Source: an uncultured Bacteroidales bacterium
GTDB lineage: Bacteria > Bacteroidota > Bacteroidia > Bacteroidales > TTA-H9
Reading direction: 5' to 3'
NCBI GenBank assembly: GCA_964444785.1
Contig: CAYUII010000001.1
Location: 1,858-65,857, forward strand
DNA length: 64,000 bases
Part shown: positions 40,201 through 47,755 of the stretch, one piece after another
How positions within the stretch are numbered: position 1 is the stretch's first letter
How the letters are laid out: every line of letters starts with the position of its first letter
Made by a program: the position numbers and the translations under genes
Notes under the pieces: generated by a model
Told to the model about the DNA's origin: nothing
The model's database searches: none
Seen by the model: only the letters and a program-made list of their open reading frames with translations

Positions 40201-40615
40201 TTAGAGCCTCAGGATAGGTTACAACCACAAGATTTCTCCCAATGCTATTGACTTTATTAAGCACTTCTGCTCTGGAAAGCACATTAGCATTATCGGTATA
40301 CTCAATCTCATAAGGACGCCTATAAGCTGTCGGAAAAAAAAGGATGCGTCTTTTATCAAATGGAAGCTCCCGTTCATTGAAAATCTGTTCGAGATCATTA
40401 AAACAGTATGCAGCTTGCTCCTTATCGTCAACAATCAAAACATGTACTGCATTGTCCATGCTATGCAGTGCTCCAAGTACCACTGTAAGTGCAGACCCTT
40501 GCAATCCATTAACATGCAGACGGGTCAGATGCTCCGCCGTTAAGGCCTCCTTTATTCGACTAACTTGCTTGTGCTCTTTAAATAGAGCAATAAGATCCTT
40601 GTTTATCACAACCAT
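37244..40615 (-). CDS. mfd: Transcription-repair coupling factor
   Basis: About 1120 aa. Superfamily 2 helicase motifs (GDVGFGKTEVALRAAF, DEEQKFGV), a CarD-like domain (GDFVTHIDHGIGRY) and a TRCF C-terminal domain. The first codon in the track is TTG (40618); an ATG follows at 40615. Confidence 0.95.
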   Translation of the reverse strand: MVVINKDLIALFKEHKQVSRIKEALTAEHLTRLHVNGLQGSALTVVLGALHSMDNAVHVLIVDDKEQAAYCFNDLEQIFNERELPFDKRRILFFPTAYRRPYEIEYTDNANVLSRAEVLNKVNSIGRNLVVVTYPEALSEKVVTRQILKKNTFSLREGEEVSMDFLTDVLYEYGFNRADFVVEPGEFSIRGGIVDVFSFSDEYPYRIEFSGDEVESIRTFNPVDQLSIQRLTKISLLPDVQSRLSNEARETLLSYLPESAIWWVDDVTFIHDRLERELDKAREIFENLSKDIKHLAPGELFMGGREFLRELGAHRVIEYGRSSHFKGESIAFRTQSQPPFNRNFELLIDDLRKHTLELYINIICADQERQLNRLQTIFEDLEQGKPEKERVAVKYLSLGLHEGFIDFDHRVACYTDHQIFDRYHRYRIRDGFAGKEAITLKELSNLKQGDFVTHIDHGIGRYDGLELIENNGKQQEVIRLIYQNNDVLYVSIHSLHRIARYTGKDGTPPTIHRLGGAAWNTQKTKAKQKLKDIARELIQLYAARKASEGFAYSADTYLQHELEASFLYEDTPDQYKATQDVKADMEKTMPMDRLVCGDVGFGKTEVALRAAFKAVADNKQVAVLVPTTILALQHYKTFKDRLKDFPARVDFINRFRSSGKIKEVLKDTTDGKVDILIGTHRILSKDVQFKDLGLLIVDEEQKFGVSSKEKLKQLRVNVDTLTLTATPIPRTLQFSLLGARDLSVINTPPPNRQPVQTELRGFSEETIRDAIRYEIGRGGQVFFVHNRVQNILDVAGMIKRFVPDASIAIGHGQMDGKKLEEIMMGVIEGDFDVLVATTIIESGLDIPNVNTIIINDAQNFGLSELHQLRGRVGRSNKKAFCYLLSPPLASLPDDARKRLKSLEEFSDLGSGFNIAMRDLDIRGAGNLLGAEQSGFISDLGYEMYQKILDEAIKELKEGEFAGLYDEVKEPEVSDCVFESDLEIMLPGDYVSSMSERILLYKELDNITREKDLQAWVSRLTDRFGQLPQPALDLVNALRLRWVASKIGFEKVLLKGNRLTGYFVGDSQHPYFQSERFTAVLKFVQANQRLCRMREVNGKLHLSFDGVMDVVSAISLLKPMELSS

Positions 40616-40629
40616 CAAGAATTGAGATG

Positions 40630-40637
40630 CAAAGGTA
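40630..40637 (-). promoter_or_regulatory. Bacteroidota -7 promoter box for mfd
   Basis: TACCTTTG on the minus strand, 14 nt upstream of the ATG. Confidence 0.5.
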
Positions 40638-40788
40638 GCGAGGTTTAGGATAAAACCGGATCATTAACAATATCGCTACTACCAATAATAATTAAATAAA
40701 CCCTCTCTTTTTAACCTAAACAACGCTCCACATCCAGAAAAAATAACCAAAAAACAGGTTATAAGCCTAAACCATGAATACTGTTCGT

Positions 40789-40796
40789 TACCTTTG
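40789..40796 (+). promoter_or_regulatory. Bacteroidota -7 promoter box
   Basis: TACCTTTG lies 52 nt upstream of the ATG at 40849. Confidence 0.5.
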
Positions 40797-40848
40797 TTAG
40801 ATATAATCGAGCATTGACCGCTATGAGTCTGCTTCTGAAACTAAACCT

Positions 40849-41826
40849 ATGTTATATTCTGCAGAAGAACTTAGAAATATCTTTGAATCAGAATTAGGTT
40901 CAATAGACTATCCTGAAAAACCGGCACTTCTTTATAATCCAATAAAATATGCCTTATCTCAAGGTGGCAAACGCCTTCGTCCGGTATTACTTTTATTAAC
41001 CAACCAGATGTTTGGTGGTACAATTGAGAAAGCTATGCCTGCCGCTCTTGCCATAGAGATCTTTCATAACTTTACTTTAGTCCATGACGATATCATGGAT
41101 GCTGCACCATTAAGGAGAAACGTACCCACTGTCTATAAAAAATGGAATCAAAACGTGGGTATACTTTCAGGAGATACCATGTTTGCTCTATCTTCTAGAC
41201 TATTAGCGAAGATAGACCCTCAACAACTGCCAGAAATCATTGATCTATTTTTCACCACTGCCATCGAGGTCTGTGAAGGGCAACAATATGATATGGATTT
41301 CGAATCCCAGGATGAAGTCTCGTTACCATCCTATATGGAAATGATACGCCTCAAAACAGCCGTTCTGCTTGCAACAAGTCTCAAAACAGGAGCAATACTC
41401 GCCAATGCGCCATTGACTGAATCTAAAAAATTATACCAATTTGGTATTCACATTGGCCTGGCTTTTCAAATCATGGACGATCTTCTTGATGTTTTCTCAG
41501 ACCAAGAGCTTTTCGGAAAACAGACTGGTAATGACATTGTAACCAATAAAAAAACATGGCTTTACCTTAAAGCCTATGAAATTGCGGATACGGAAACAAA
41601 GGATAAACTTAATCAAGCTTTTGGATTATCGAACCAGTATTCTGCGGTAAAAATAAAGACCGTCACAGAGCTCTATAACCTACTCCATATAAAAGAGCTC
41701 GCTCATCAAGAGATATCTATACATTATCAAGAAGCAGAAAAGGTCTTCGAGTGTATTGACTTACCATCCGAAATAAAAGAGCCTCTAAAGAGGGTTACTC
41801 TTGCCATGGCCAAAAGAACCTTTTAA
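40849..41826 (+). CDS. Polyprenyl diphosphate synthase (trans-isoprenyl diphosphate synthase family)
   Basis: Two Asp-rich motifs, LVHDDIMD and FQIMDDLLD. Confidence 0.9.
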   Translation: MLYSAEELRNIFESELGSIDYPEKPALLYNPIKYALSQGGKRLRPVLLLLTNQMFGGTIEKAMPAALAIEIFHNFTLVHDDIMDAAPLRRNVPTVYKKWNQNVGILSGDTMFALSSRLLAKIDPQQLPEIIDLFFTTAIEVCEGQQYDMDFESQDEVSLPSYMEMIRLKTAVLLATSLKTGAILANAPLTESKKLYQFGIHIGLAFQIMDDLLDVFSDQELFGKQTGNDIVTNKKTWLYLKAYEIADTETKDKLNQAFGLSNQYSAVKIKTVTELYNLLHIKELAHQEISIHYQEAEKVFECIDLPSEIKEPLKRVTLAMAKRTF

Positions 41827-41925
41827 ATTACGTAAACACGTAACACTTTAAATCAGAAAGGTTACGATCTTTACATAAGAATAATTCTTAGTTAATAAGA
41901 TTCCTATTTCACTAATACTAAAAGT

Positions 41926-42828
41926 ATGGTTACTCCAGAAAAGGTAATTAAAGGTGATTTAATACATGTTGTTGCGCCAGCAGGTAAGGTAAACGCATTT
42001 AATGTTAAATCCAGCATTAATAGATTAAAACAATTCGGGTTTAACGTTAGTGAGGGCATCTCACTTTATAAGGAGGCTGGAAGTTTTGCAGGAGATGATG
42101 AGGCGAGACTTTATGACCTTCAACAAGCCTTTGATGATTCGCAGGCAAAAGTAATCATGTTAGCGAGAGGTGGGTATGGCATTTTGCGAATCATAGACAG
42201 AATAAACCTTGAGCAGTTCCAAAAGCATCCGAAGTGGGTTATCGGATTCAGTGACAATACAGCCCTATTAAATCTTCTCGATAAAAAAGGCATTGCAACA
42301 ATTCATGGAGCAATGCCTAACAGCCTACCAGAAGACACAAACGATCGGGCATGGACTAGCCTGTTAAATCTACTGCTTGAAAAATCGAATGAGATCATTG
42401 TCGAACCCTCCGGGCTAAATAAGAATGGATCGATTAACGGTTATATTACCGGGGGAAATCTGACTCTATTGACCTCTACACTAGGGTCACCAACTCAGAT
42501 TGAACCAGCAGGAAAAATACTATTTATTGAAGATATTTCGGAATATCATTACAAGTTAGACCGTATGATGACCGCACTTGGTAGAGCCGGTGTTTTTGAT
42601 AATATTATCGGTCTTCTGGTTGGACAATTAACTGACATGGTTGATGGGGGATATGGCAGCACACCACAGGAAATTATTGCTGAAGTTGTAAACAGATACA
42701 ATCCAACCTGTCCTTGTGCCTTTAATATCCCTTGTGGCCATATTACCTCTAATCAATCCATTGCATTCGGCATGCCAAGCCAAATAACGATAACAGACTC
42801 AGAAGTAAGAGTTAAACAAGGTCTCTAG
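41926..42828 (+). CDS. LD-carboxypeptidase (peptidase S66 family)
   Basis: Nucleophile context VIGFSDNTALL and a C-terminal catalytic-His region (PCGHI). Confidence 0.85.
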   Translation: MVTPEKVIKGDLIHVVAPAGKVNAFNVKSSINRLKQFGFNVSEGISLYKEAGSFAGDDEARLYDLQQAFDDSQAKVIMLARGGYGILRIIDRINLEQFQKHPKWVIGFSDNTALLNLLDKKGIATIHGAMPNSLPEDTNDRAWTSLLNLLLEKSNEIIVEPSGLNKNGSINGYITGGNLTLLTSTLGSPTQIEPAGKILFIEDISEYHYKLDRMMTALGRAGVFDNIIGLLVGQLTDMVDGGYGSTPQEIIAEVVNRYNPTCPCAFNIPCGHITSNQSIAFGMPSQITITDSEVRVKQGL

Positions 42829-42894
42829 CAATTTTTATGAGACTAAGTATTCATTGAGTCTTCCTATTCACTATACCCTTTTAACCTTTCTATT

Positions 42895-43263
42895 ATGAAC
42901 CAAGCCTATCAATTAGGAATTCAAGGAGAACAAATTGCAGTTGAATATTTAACACTAAGTGGAGTTAAAATATTAGAAACCAACTGGAGGGCAGGAAACA
43001 ACGAGGTAGACATCATTGGAACAGAGAATAATACTCTGCTCATTATTGAGGTAAAAACCCGAACTTATGATAACATTGCTGCACCCTATACTGCAGTTAA
43101 TAAGACTAAACAAAATATCTTGATACGAGCAGCCAATCTATATATCATGCGGAACAATTGGCAAGGAGAAACTAGATTCGATATCATTAGCATCGTAATA
43201 GAGAACAATAAAGCTCCGAGAATCGAACATATAAAAGATGCTTTCTATCCAAGAATTAAGTAA
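42895..43263 (+). CDS. YraN family (UPF0102) endonuclease-like protein
   Basis: 122 aa. GEQIAVEYL...NEVDIIG...LLIIEVKTR, a PD-(D/E)xK-like core. Confidence 0.85.
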   Translation: MNQAYQLGIQGEQIAVEYLTLSGVKILETNWRAGNNEVDIIGTENNTLLIIEVKTRTYDNIAAPYTAVNKTKQNILIRAANLYIMRNNWQGETRFDIISIVIENNKAPRIEHIKDAFYPRIK

Positions 43264-43303
43264 AAAAAAGTGGTGAGTTTGACATCTCTGCTTCACTCAC
43301 CAC
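43262..43303. terminator. Hairpin after yraN with its T-run only on the minus strand
   Basis: 8-bp stem gtggtgag/ctcaccac. An A8 run precedes it on plus (equal to a U-run after it on minus). No T-run follows on plus. Confidence 0.45.
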
Positions 43304-43441
43304 ACGCCCTAATGGGCTAAATCAATCGCTCGCCTAAAACCTAAATGGAAGAAAGAATAACCAACCCTTTTGAAAGAGTTTTTTACGATTGATTAATCAC
43401 CAATTAATAACCAGACGACAAACAACTAAATCAGAGATAAA

Positions 43442-43483
43442 ACATGGTTAGGATATATTGATTTGAATACATCCTAACCATGT
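43442..43483 (-). terminator. Intrinsic terminator of the two-component/small-protein operon
   Basis: 13-bp stem acatggttaggat/atcctaaccatgt followed on the minus strand by ttttatc. Confidence 0.8.
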
Positions 43484-43497
43484 CTCAGTTAGCACAA

Positions 43498-43719
43498 CTA
43501 TTTTTTAGGTTCAGCTTTCTTTTCAGCCTTTTTATCTTCCTTTTTAGTTGGTGCAGGAGTTGCTTTTACATCAGCTTTCTTTTCTTTCTTCTGCTCAACC
43601 TTAACGGGAGTTGCGGGTGTTTGAGCCTTTTTTACATCTTGAGGAACAGTTGCAAAAATTGAACCTGCAAAGAATAGCACTGCTACGAAAACAACAACTT
43701 TTTTCATGATTGAAAACAT
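43498..43719 (-). CDS. Small secreted Lys/Ala/Pro-rich protein
   Basis: Signal peptide MKKVVVFVAVLFFAGSIFA (probable start 43707), then the low-complexity stretch KKAQTPATPVKVEQKKEKKADVK...KKAEKKAEPKK. A terminator lies directly downstream. Confidence 0.5.
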   Translation of the reverse strand: MFSIMKKVVVFVAVLFFAGSIFATVPQDVKKAQTPATPVKVEQKKEKKADVKATPAPTKKEDKKAEKKAEPKK

Positions 43720-43745
43720 TTAAAGTGATTAACTTATTTGAAAAA

Positions 43746-43976
43746 TCATTTACCGTTTTTACTCCGGCTTAGTGATATAATAATTTCATTCTTTTCATAC
43801 AGAGTGTTTCTATATCTCTTTGTTGCATCCTCAAGACTATCTTTTGAAACTCTCAGTTGATTATTAACTCTTTCTAATACTCTTTTTTCACTAATGTTTC
43901 TTTGTAAAGAATATACCAGAAGAGAGGTAATGACTATAAGAATAACTACGGTCGGTCTTAAGTTTTTTAACAACAT
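43746..43976 (-). CDS. Small single-pass membrane protein with coiled-coil tail
   Basis: TM helix PTVVILIVITSLLVYSL followed by charged helical sequence. Sits 77 nt downstream of the histidine kinase gene. Confidence 0.45.
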   Translation of the reverse strand: MLLKNLRPTVVILIVITSLLVYSLQRNISEKRVLERVNNQLRVSKDSLEDATKRYRNTLYEKNEIIISLSRSKNGK

Positions 43977-44053
43977 CTTAAAGATCTATTAGCAACTCTG
44001 ATGATGCAAAGTTGCTATCACAATCTTAGAACGCTATTAAAATGACCTTAGAA

Positions 44054-45436
44054 TTAGCTTAGATTCTCTCTCTTAAACCAAACAGTAAAAACAGTCCCCT
44101 GCGGATTATTTTCCTCGACTGAAATAGTCGCTTCATGTAAAACAGCTACTCTTTTGCAAATAGCTAACCCCAACCCTGACCCTGGAATAGCCCTGACTTG
44201 TGAACCCCTAAAAAATGGTTCAAACATTATTTCCTTTTCCTCAACTGGAATCCCCATTCCTTTATCCTCAACACGTACCCCTACATACCCTTCCTTAAAT
44301 ACAAATCTTATCATCACTGGTTGTGATAATGAATATTTACAACCATTTACAATCAGGTTTCTGAATAACAGGGCTAACAATGAAGCATCTCCATGAATTT
44401 CTAATGATGCAGAATCATCTGGAAAGGACTCTGTATCAATGGTAATATCCCAATCAGCATGACGTTGGGTAACGCTTTTTATAGCATCTATACAGACTTC
44501 GTCTATACGCACCAATGCTTTCCCATTTAGCTGTTCATCACCTTCCATCCTTGCCAAGCTTAATAGACTATCTGTTATACCACTCAACTCTAACATTACC
44601 TCATAAATTCGACTTAGTGACCCTTTTGATTCCCGATCATTACCCGAATAATTCATCAATAATAACTCCAACTCTCCTCTAACAACGGTCAATGGCGTCC
44701 TGATTTCATGCGATGCATTGGAGACGAAACTCTTCTGTATCAGAAAGGCATTCTCCAGTCGATCAAGAGAATGGTTAAAAGCATTCGTTAATTGCTTTAT
44801 CTCGTCATCTACTTCAGGAACTTCTAATCTCTCTGAAAGACGATTAGGGTCGATGCGCCCTACACTCTGTACCAATTGACGTAACGGATATAACGATCTG
44901 TATGAAAAGATAAAACCAAGACCAACAACCACTAAAAAAGACAGAATAACTCCAACAAATAGAACCAATGAGATTGCTCTTAACCTCTCAAACCCATATT
45001 TATCATTGGCTTCTATAACAACCACACAATATCTGAATACTCCTTTGTAATAATATGACAACCGCTCTCTGCCATCAGCTTGTTCCAATAATAACACTCG
45101 ATTTAACCTTACCCTTTCTAAATCTGAGGATTTTACCCTATAAAAGCCTTTACTTGTACAAAACAATAAACTATCAGTAGAACCATAGATTCCAATATCC
45201 TCATCAGCGATGGATGGATGCTCAACGATTATATCTGCCAATATCATCGAGTTGTCATCTCTTGTGTCACAGTACAACTGAGCAACATTCAAAGCTCGCT
45301 CCTCTAATAGCTGCTTAAACTCATTCCGACGATTATGTGATAACCAAAGAGTAAATCCTATTGCAAAGACTACAATTACACTACTGCTTAACACAGCAAA
45401 GAGCAGAGATAATCTGAGCCTAATTTTGACTTTCAT
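44054..45436 (-). CDS. Sensor histidine kinase
   Basis: Two TM helices, an H-box SNASHEIRTPLT and an HATPase G-box GSGLGLAICKR. Confidence 0.9.
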   Translation of the reverse strand: MKVKIRLRLSLLFAVLSSSVIVVFAIGFTLWLSHNRRNEFKQLLEERALNVAQLYCDTRDDNSMILADIIVEHPSIADEDIGIYGSTDSLLFCTSKGFYRVKSSDLERVRLNRVLLLEQADGRERLSYYYKGVFRYCVVVIEANDKYGFERLRAISLVLFVGVILSFLVVVGLGFIFSYRSLYPLRQLVQSVGRIDPNRLSERLEVPEVDDEIKQLTNAFNHSLDRLENAFLIQKSFVSNASHEIRTPLTVVRGELELLLMNYSGNDRESKGSLSRIYEVMLELSGITDSLLSLARMEGDEQLNGKALVRIDEVCIDAIKSVTQRHADWDITIDTESFPDDSASLEIHGDASLLALLFRNLIVNGCKYSLSQPVMIRFVFKEGYVGVRVEDKGMGIPVEEKEIMFEPFFRGSQVRAIPGSGLGLAICKRVAVLHEATISVEENNPQGTVFTVWFKRENLS

Positions 45437-45561
45437 CTATTTATATCCTCCCTTCGTATAATTCTTCAAAATTTGTCTCCCGATCAGATACATCTTCAGC
45501 GTAGTAAACTAATAAATTCAATACATTGAACCGTTACATCACTAAAGGCCATTATCCCCAA

Positions 45562-46263
45562 CTATACAGCCTTTAAAACATAACCCATTCCCACAACTGT
45601 ATGAATTAATCGTCTATCAAATCCTTTATCAACCTTATTACGAAGATAATTGACATAAACTTCGATTATATTCGTTCCGGTATCAAATGTGATATCCCAG
45701 ACTTTTTCAGCTATTTCACTCTTTGAAATAACCCGATTTGGATTTCTCATTAACTGTTCAAGTAACAGAAACTCTTTTTGTGTCAATATAATCTCCTTTC
45801 CGCCCCGAAAAGCTGTCTTTGTCTTCATATTCAACTCAAGATCGGAGAATTTTAATAACTCATCAAATTCAGAATCATTCTGCTTACCATGGGCTCTCCG
45901 CAAAAATACAAAGACCCGTGCCAGTAACTCTTGGATCTCAAAAGGTTTTACAATATAATCATCTGCTCCAGCATCAAACCCCTCCAATTTCCTATCAAGG
46001 TCGCTTAACGCAGTTAAAAACAGAACCGGAATGTCCTTATTTAACAAACGAATCTCTCTACACACTTGGTAACCACTCATATCGGGCAGTCCGATATCAA
46101 GAATAATCAAATGATAAAGTCTACTACTAAAGTACTTTAACCCGATCTCTCCATCTAATGCAACATCCGAAGCGATGCCTATCGACTCTAACCCTCTTTG
46201 TATTATTAACGCAACCCGAGGATCATCTTCTATGATTAATACTGAAGAGTGCTCTTTCTTCAT
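45562..46263 (-). CDS. OmpR/PhoB-family response regulator
   Basis: Receiver domain (VLIIEDDP ... LIILDIGLPDMSG ... PVLFLTA) and winged-helix domain (LTQKEFLLLEQLMRNPNRVISKSEIAEKVWD). The start at 46263 (MKKEHSS) is preferred over 46293. Confidence 0.92.
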   Translation of the reverse strand: MKKEHSSVLIIEDDPRVALIIQRGLESIGIASDVALDGEIGLKYFSSRLYHLIILDIGLPDMSGYQVCREIRLLNKDIPVLFLTALSDLDRKLEGFDAGADDYIVKPFEIQELLARVFVFLRRAHGKQNDSEFDELLKFSDLELNMKTKTAFRGGKEIILTQKEFLLLEQLMRNPNRVISKSEIAEKVWDITFDTGTNIIEVYVNYLRNKVDKGFDRRLIHTVVGMGYVLKAV

Positions 46264-46282
46264 TTCTGCCCAAATGATTACA

Positions 46283-46290
46283 CAAAGATA
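46283..46290 (-). promoter_or_regulatory. Bacteroidota -7 promoter box for the response-regulator operon
   Basis: TATCTTTG on the minus strand, 19 nt upstream of the ATG at 46263. Confidence 0.45.
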
Positions 46291-46305
46291 CAACTCTCAC
46301 CGTTT

Positions 46306-46536
46306 CCCCTTCGCTTCCTCTCCATATATCCTCCCTTTAAGGGTACTTACATTTGGTAGCTACAACTGTAACCACATAACACACCCTACACCATCTAATA
46401 TGTTAATTATCTGTGATTCTAATTAAATAAATAACTATTAGAACACCCTTAAATCTTTTACTGTCCAAAATCGATGCCCATTTTGTACCCATTTATACGA
46501 TCAGAATATGGAGAAGAGGCGAAGAGGAAGCGAAGG
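46306..46536. repeat. Inverted repeat pair (21 nt) flanking 177 bp, right arm carrying a tandem 11-mer
   Basis: The reverse complement of the left arm (46306-46327) is ATATGGAGAGGAAGCGAAGGGG. The right arm (46505-46536) is ATATGGA[GAAGAGGCGAA]GAGGAAGCGAAGGG. The bracketed 11-mer matches the following 11-mer at 9 of 11 positions. Confidence 0.85.
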
Positions 46537-46556
46537 GCACCAAAAATAGAAGCAGT

Positions 46557-46859
46557 TTATGCCTCTTCTTTACTTGAATTATTTGAACTACCGAGACCAT
46601 CACTGATAACTTTCCGGAATGTCAGAGGAATTCCTTTCTCACCAGGAGCTCCGATCTCAACCAACTCCCACCCGAGATCACGTTTCTCAATTTTGTGTTT
46701 TAGAACAGTAACCCTATCAACGCCACTATTCTCAATCTCCTCAGAAGTAATTAACTCAACTCTATACTGAACGGCTTTTTTCCGGCCATTTACACTGACG
46801 TCAATAAGAACATTTTGTTCAGGTTCTAAGTCAGGAATAAGTATAACTATTTCTCGCAT
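46557..46859 (-). CDS. Hypothetical 100-aa protein
   Basis: Globular-looking sequence (MREIVILIPDLEPEQNVLIDVSVNGRKKAVQYRVELI...). Preferred over the overlapping plus-strand ORF, which is low-complexity. I recognise no family. Confidence 0.5.
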   Translation of the reverse strand: MREIVILIPDLEPEQNVLIDVSVNGRKKAVQYRVELITSEEIENSGVDRVTVLKHKIEKRDLGWELVEIGAPGEKGIPLTFRKVISDGLGSSNNSSKEEA

Positions 46860-47159
46860 AACCCGTATTCTAAGTAATTATCTTCAACCCTATAACTTTA
46901 ATACGCTAATGACATGCCATAACTATAATATACTGATTAAAAACAGATTACTCCATTTCATCTTCTATTTATTGTTCGGTATAGCGCAGTAATTTGTTCA
47001 TGATCGTACATTAATTAATTAAGGGCTCTTTTTGTATTTTTGTAAGAATAGAAGCCTCATCCTTCTTAAGGATAAATAATAGCGAGACTAAAATGAGTAG
47101 AAATGATCGAGGTTTTCATTTGAAATGATTAAATCGATCCAAAAACAAAATAAATAGAG

Positions 47160-47618
47160 ATGAAAAACAAGCCTGCTCGATACGAACGAATATACCAACA
47201 ACTTCAAGAGTTATTGACTAAGACCTCAAATCCAGAGGCCAGAATGGCAACCATTGTAGCTGTGTTGCACTATAAAATGGATGGATTCTTTTGGACCGGC
47301 TTTTACTGTTTAACGAACGAGGAGTTGATTGTTAGATGTTATCAGGGGCCGGTTGCTTGTCAAGTATTAAAGCCTCATACCGGAGTTTGTTGGGCCGGTA
47401 TAGATCAAAATGAAACGATTGTCGTTCCGGATGTTACTCTCTTTCCGGGTCATATTGCGTGTGATTCAAGGTCAAAATCAGAAATTGTAGTTCCTTTGCG
47501 AGACAATAGGAATACGACAGTTGGAGTTCTAGACGTTGATAGCTCCTTTTTAAATCAATTTGATGAAACAGACAAACTATGGCTCGAAAAAATCGTTGAT
47601 CTGGTGTACAAAAACTAG
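47160..47618 (+). CDS. msrC: GAF-domain free methionine-(R)-sulfoxide reductase (YebR/MsrC family)
   Basis: Collinear with E. coli YebR: WTGFYCL, YQGPVACQVL, GVCWAG, FPGHIACDSRSKSEIVVPL, VGVLDVDS. Confidence 0.85.
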   Translation: MKNKPARYERIYQQLQELLTKTSNPEARMATIVAVLHYKMDGFFWTGFYCLTNEELIVRCYQGPVACQVLKPHTGVCWAGIDQNETIVVPDVTLFPGHIACDSRSKSEIVVPLRDNRNTTVGVLDVDSSFLNQFDETDKLWLEKIVDLVYKN

Positions 47619-47755
47619 AATGCGATATTGATTTCATTAGAAATTTGATGCTTACAGTCTAATGAATTAAAAGAATCTTCTGTAAAAATAAAAACCACCT
47701 CTTTAGCAATTGACATTTTTTGAATCGCTAAAGAGGTGGTAAGGCTTAAAACCCA

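Noticed and set aside
38197-40625. Short ORFs overlapping mfd
   Set aside because: These are shadows of a highly conserved gene.
43480-43662. 60-aa plus-strand ORF opposite the Lys-rich small protein
   Set aside because: Its start lies inside the terminator hairpin and its sequence is pure F/L/S low complexity. The minus-strand reading has a proper signal peptide and a terminator.
46306-46536. The inverted-repeat block read as a MITE insertion
   Set aside because: No target-site duplication flanks the arms (left flank caccgttt, right flank caccaaaa). It has not been excluded and is left as an alternative in the finding.
45689-46770. Plus-strand ORFs (45689..45958, 45819..46106, 46175..46426, 46474..46770)
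   Set aside because: These are antisense to the response-regulator gene or the 100-aa ORF, or they span the repeat region. I see no protein-like features.
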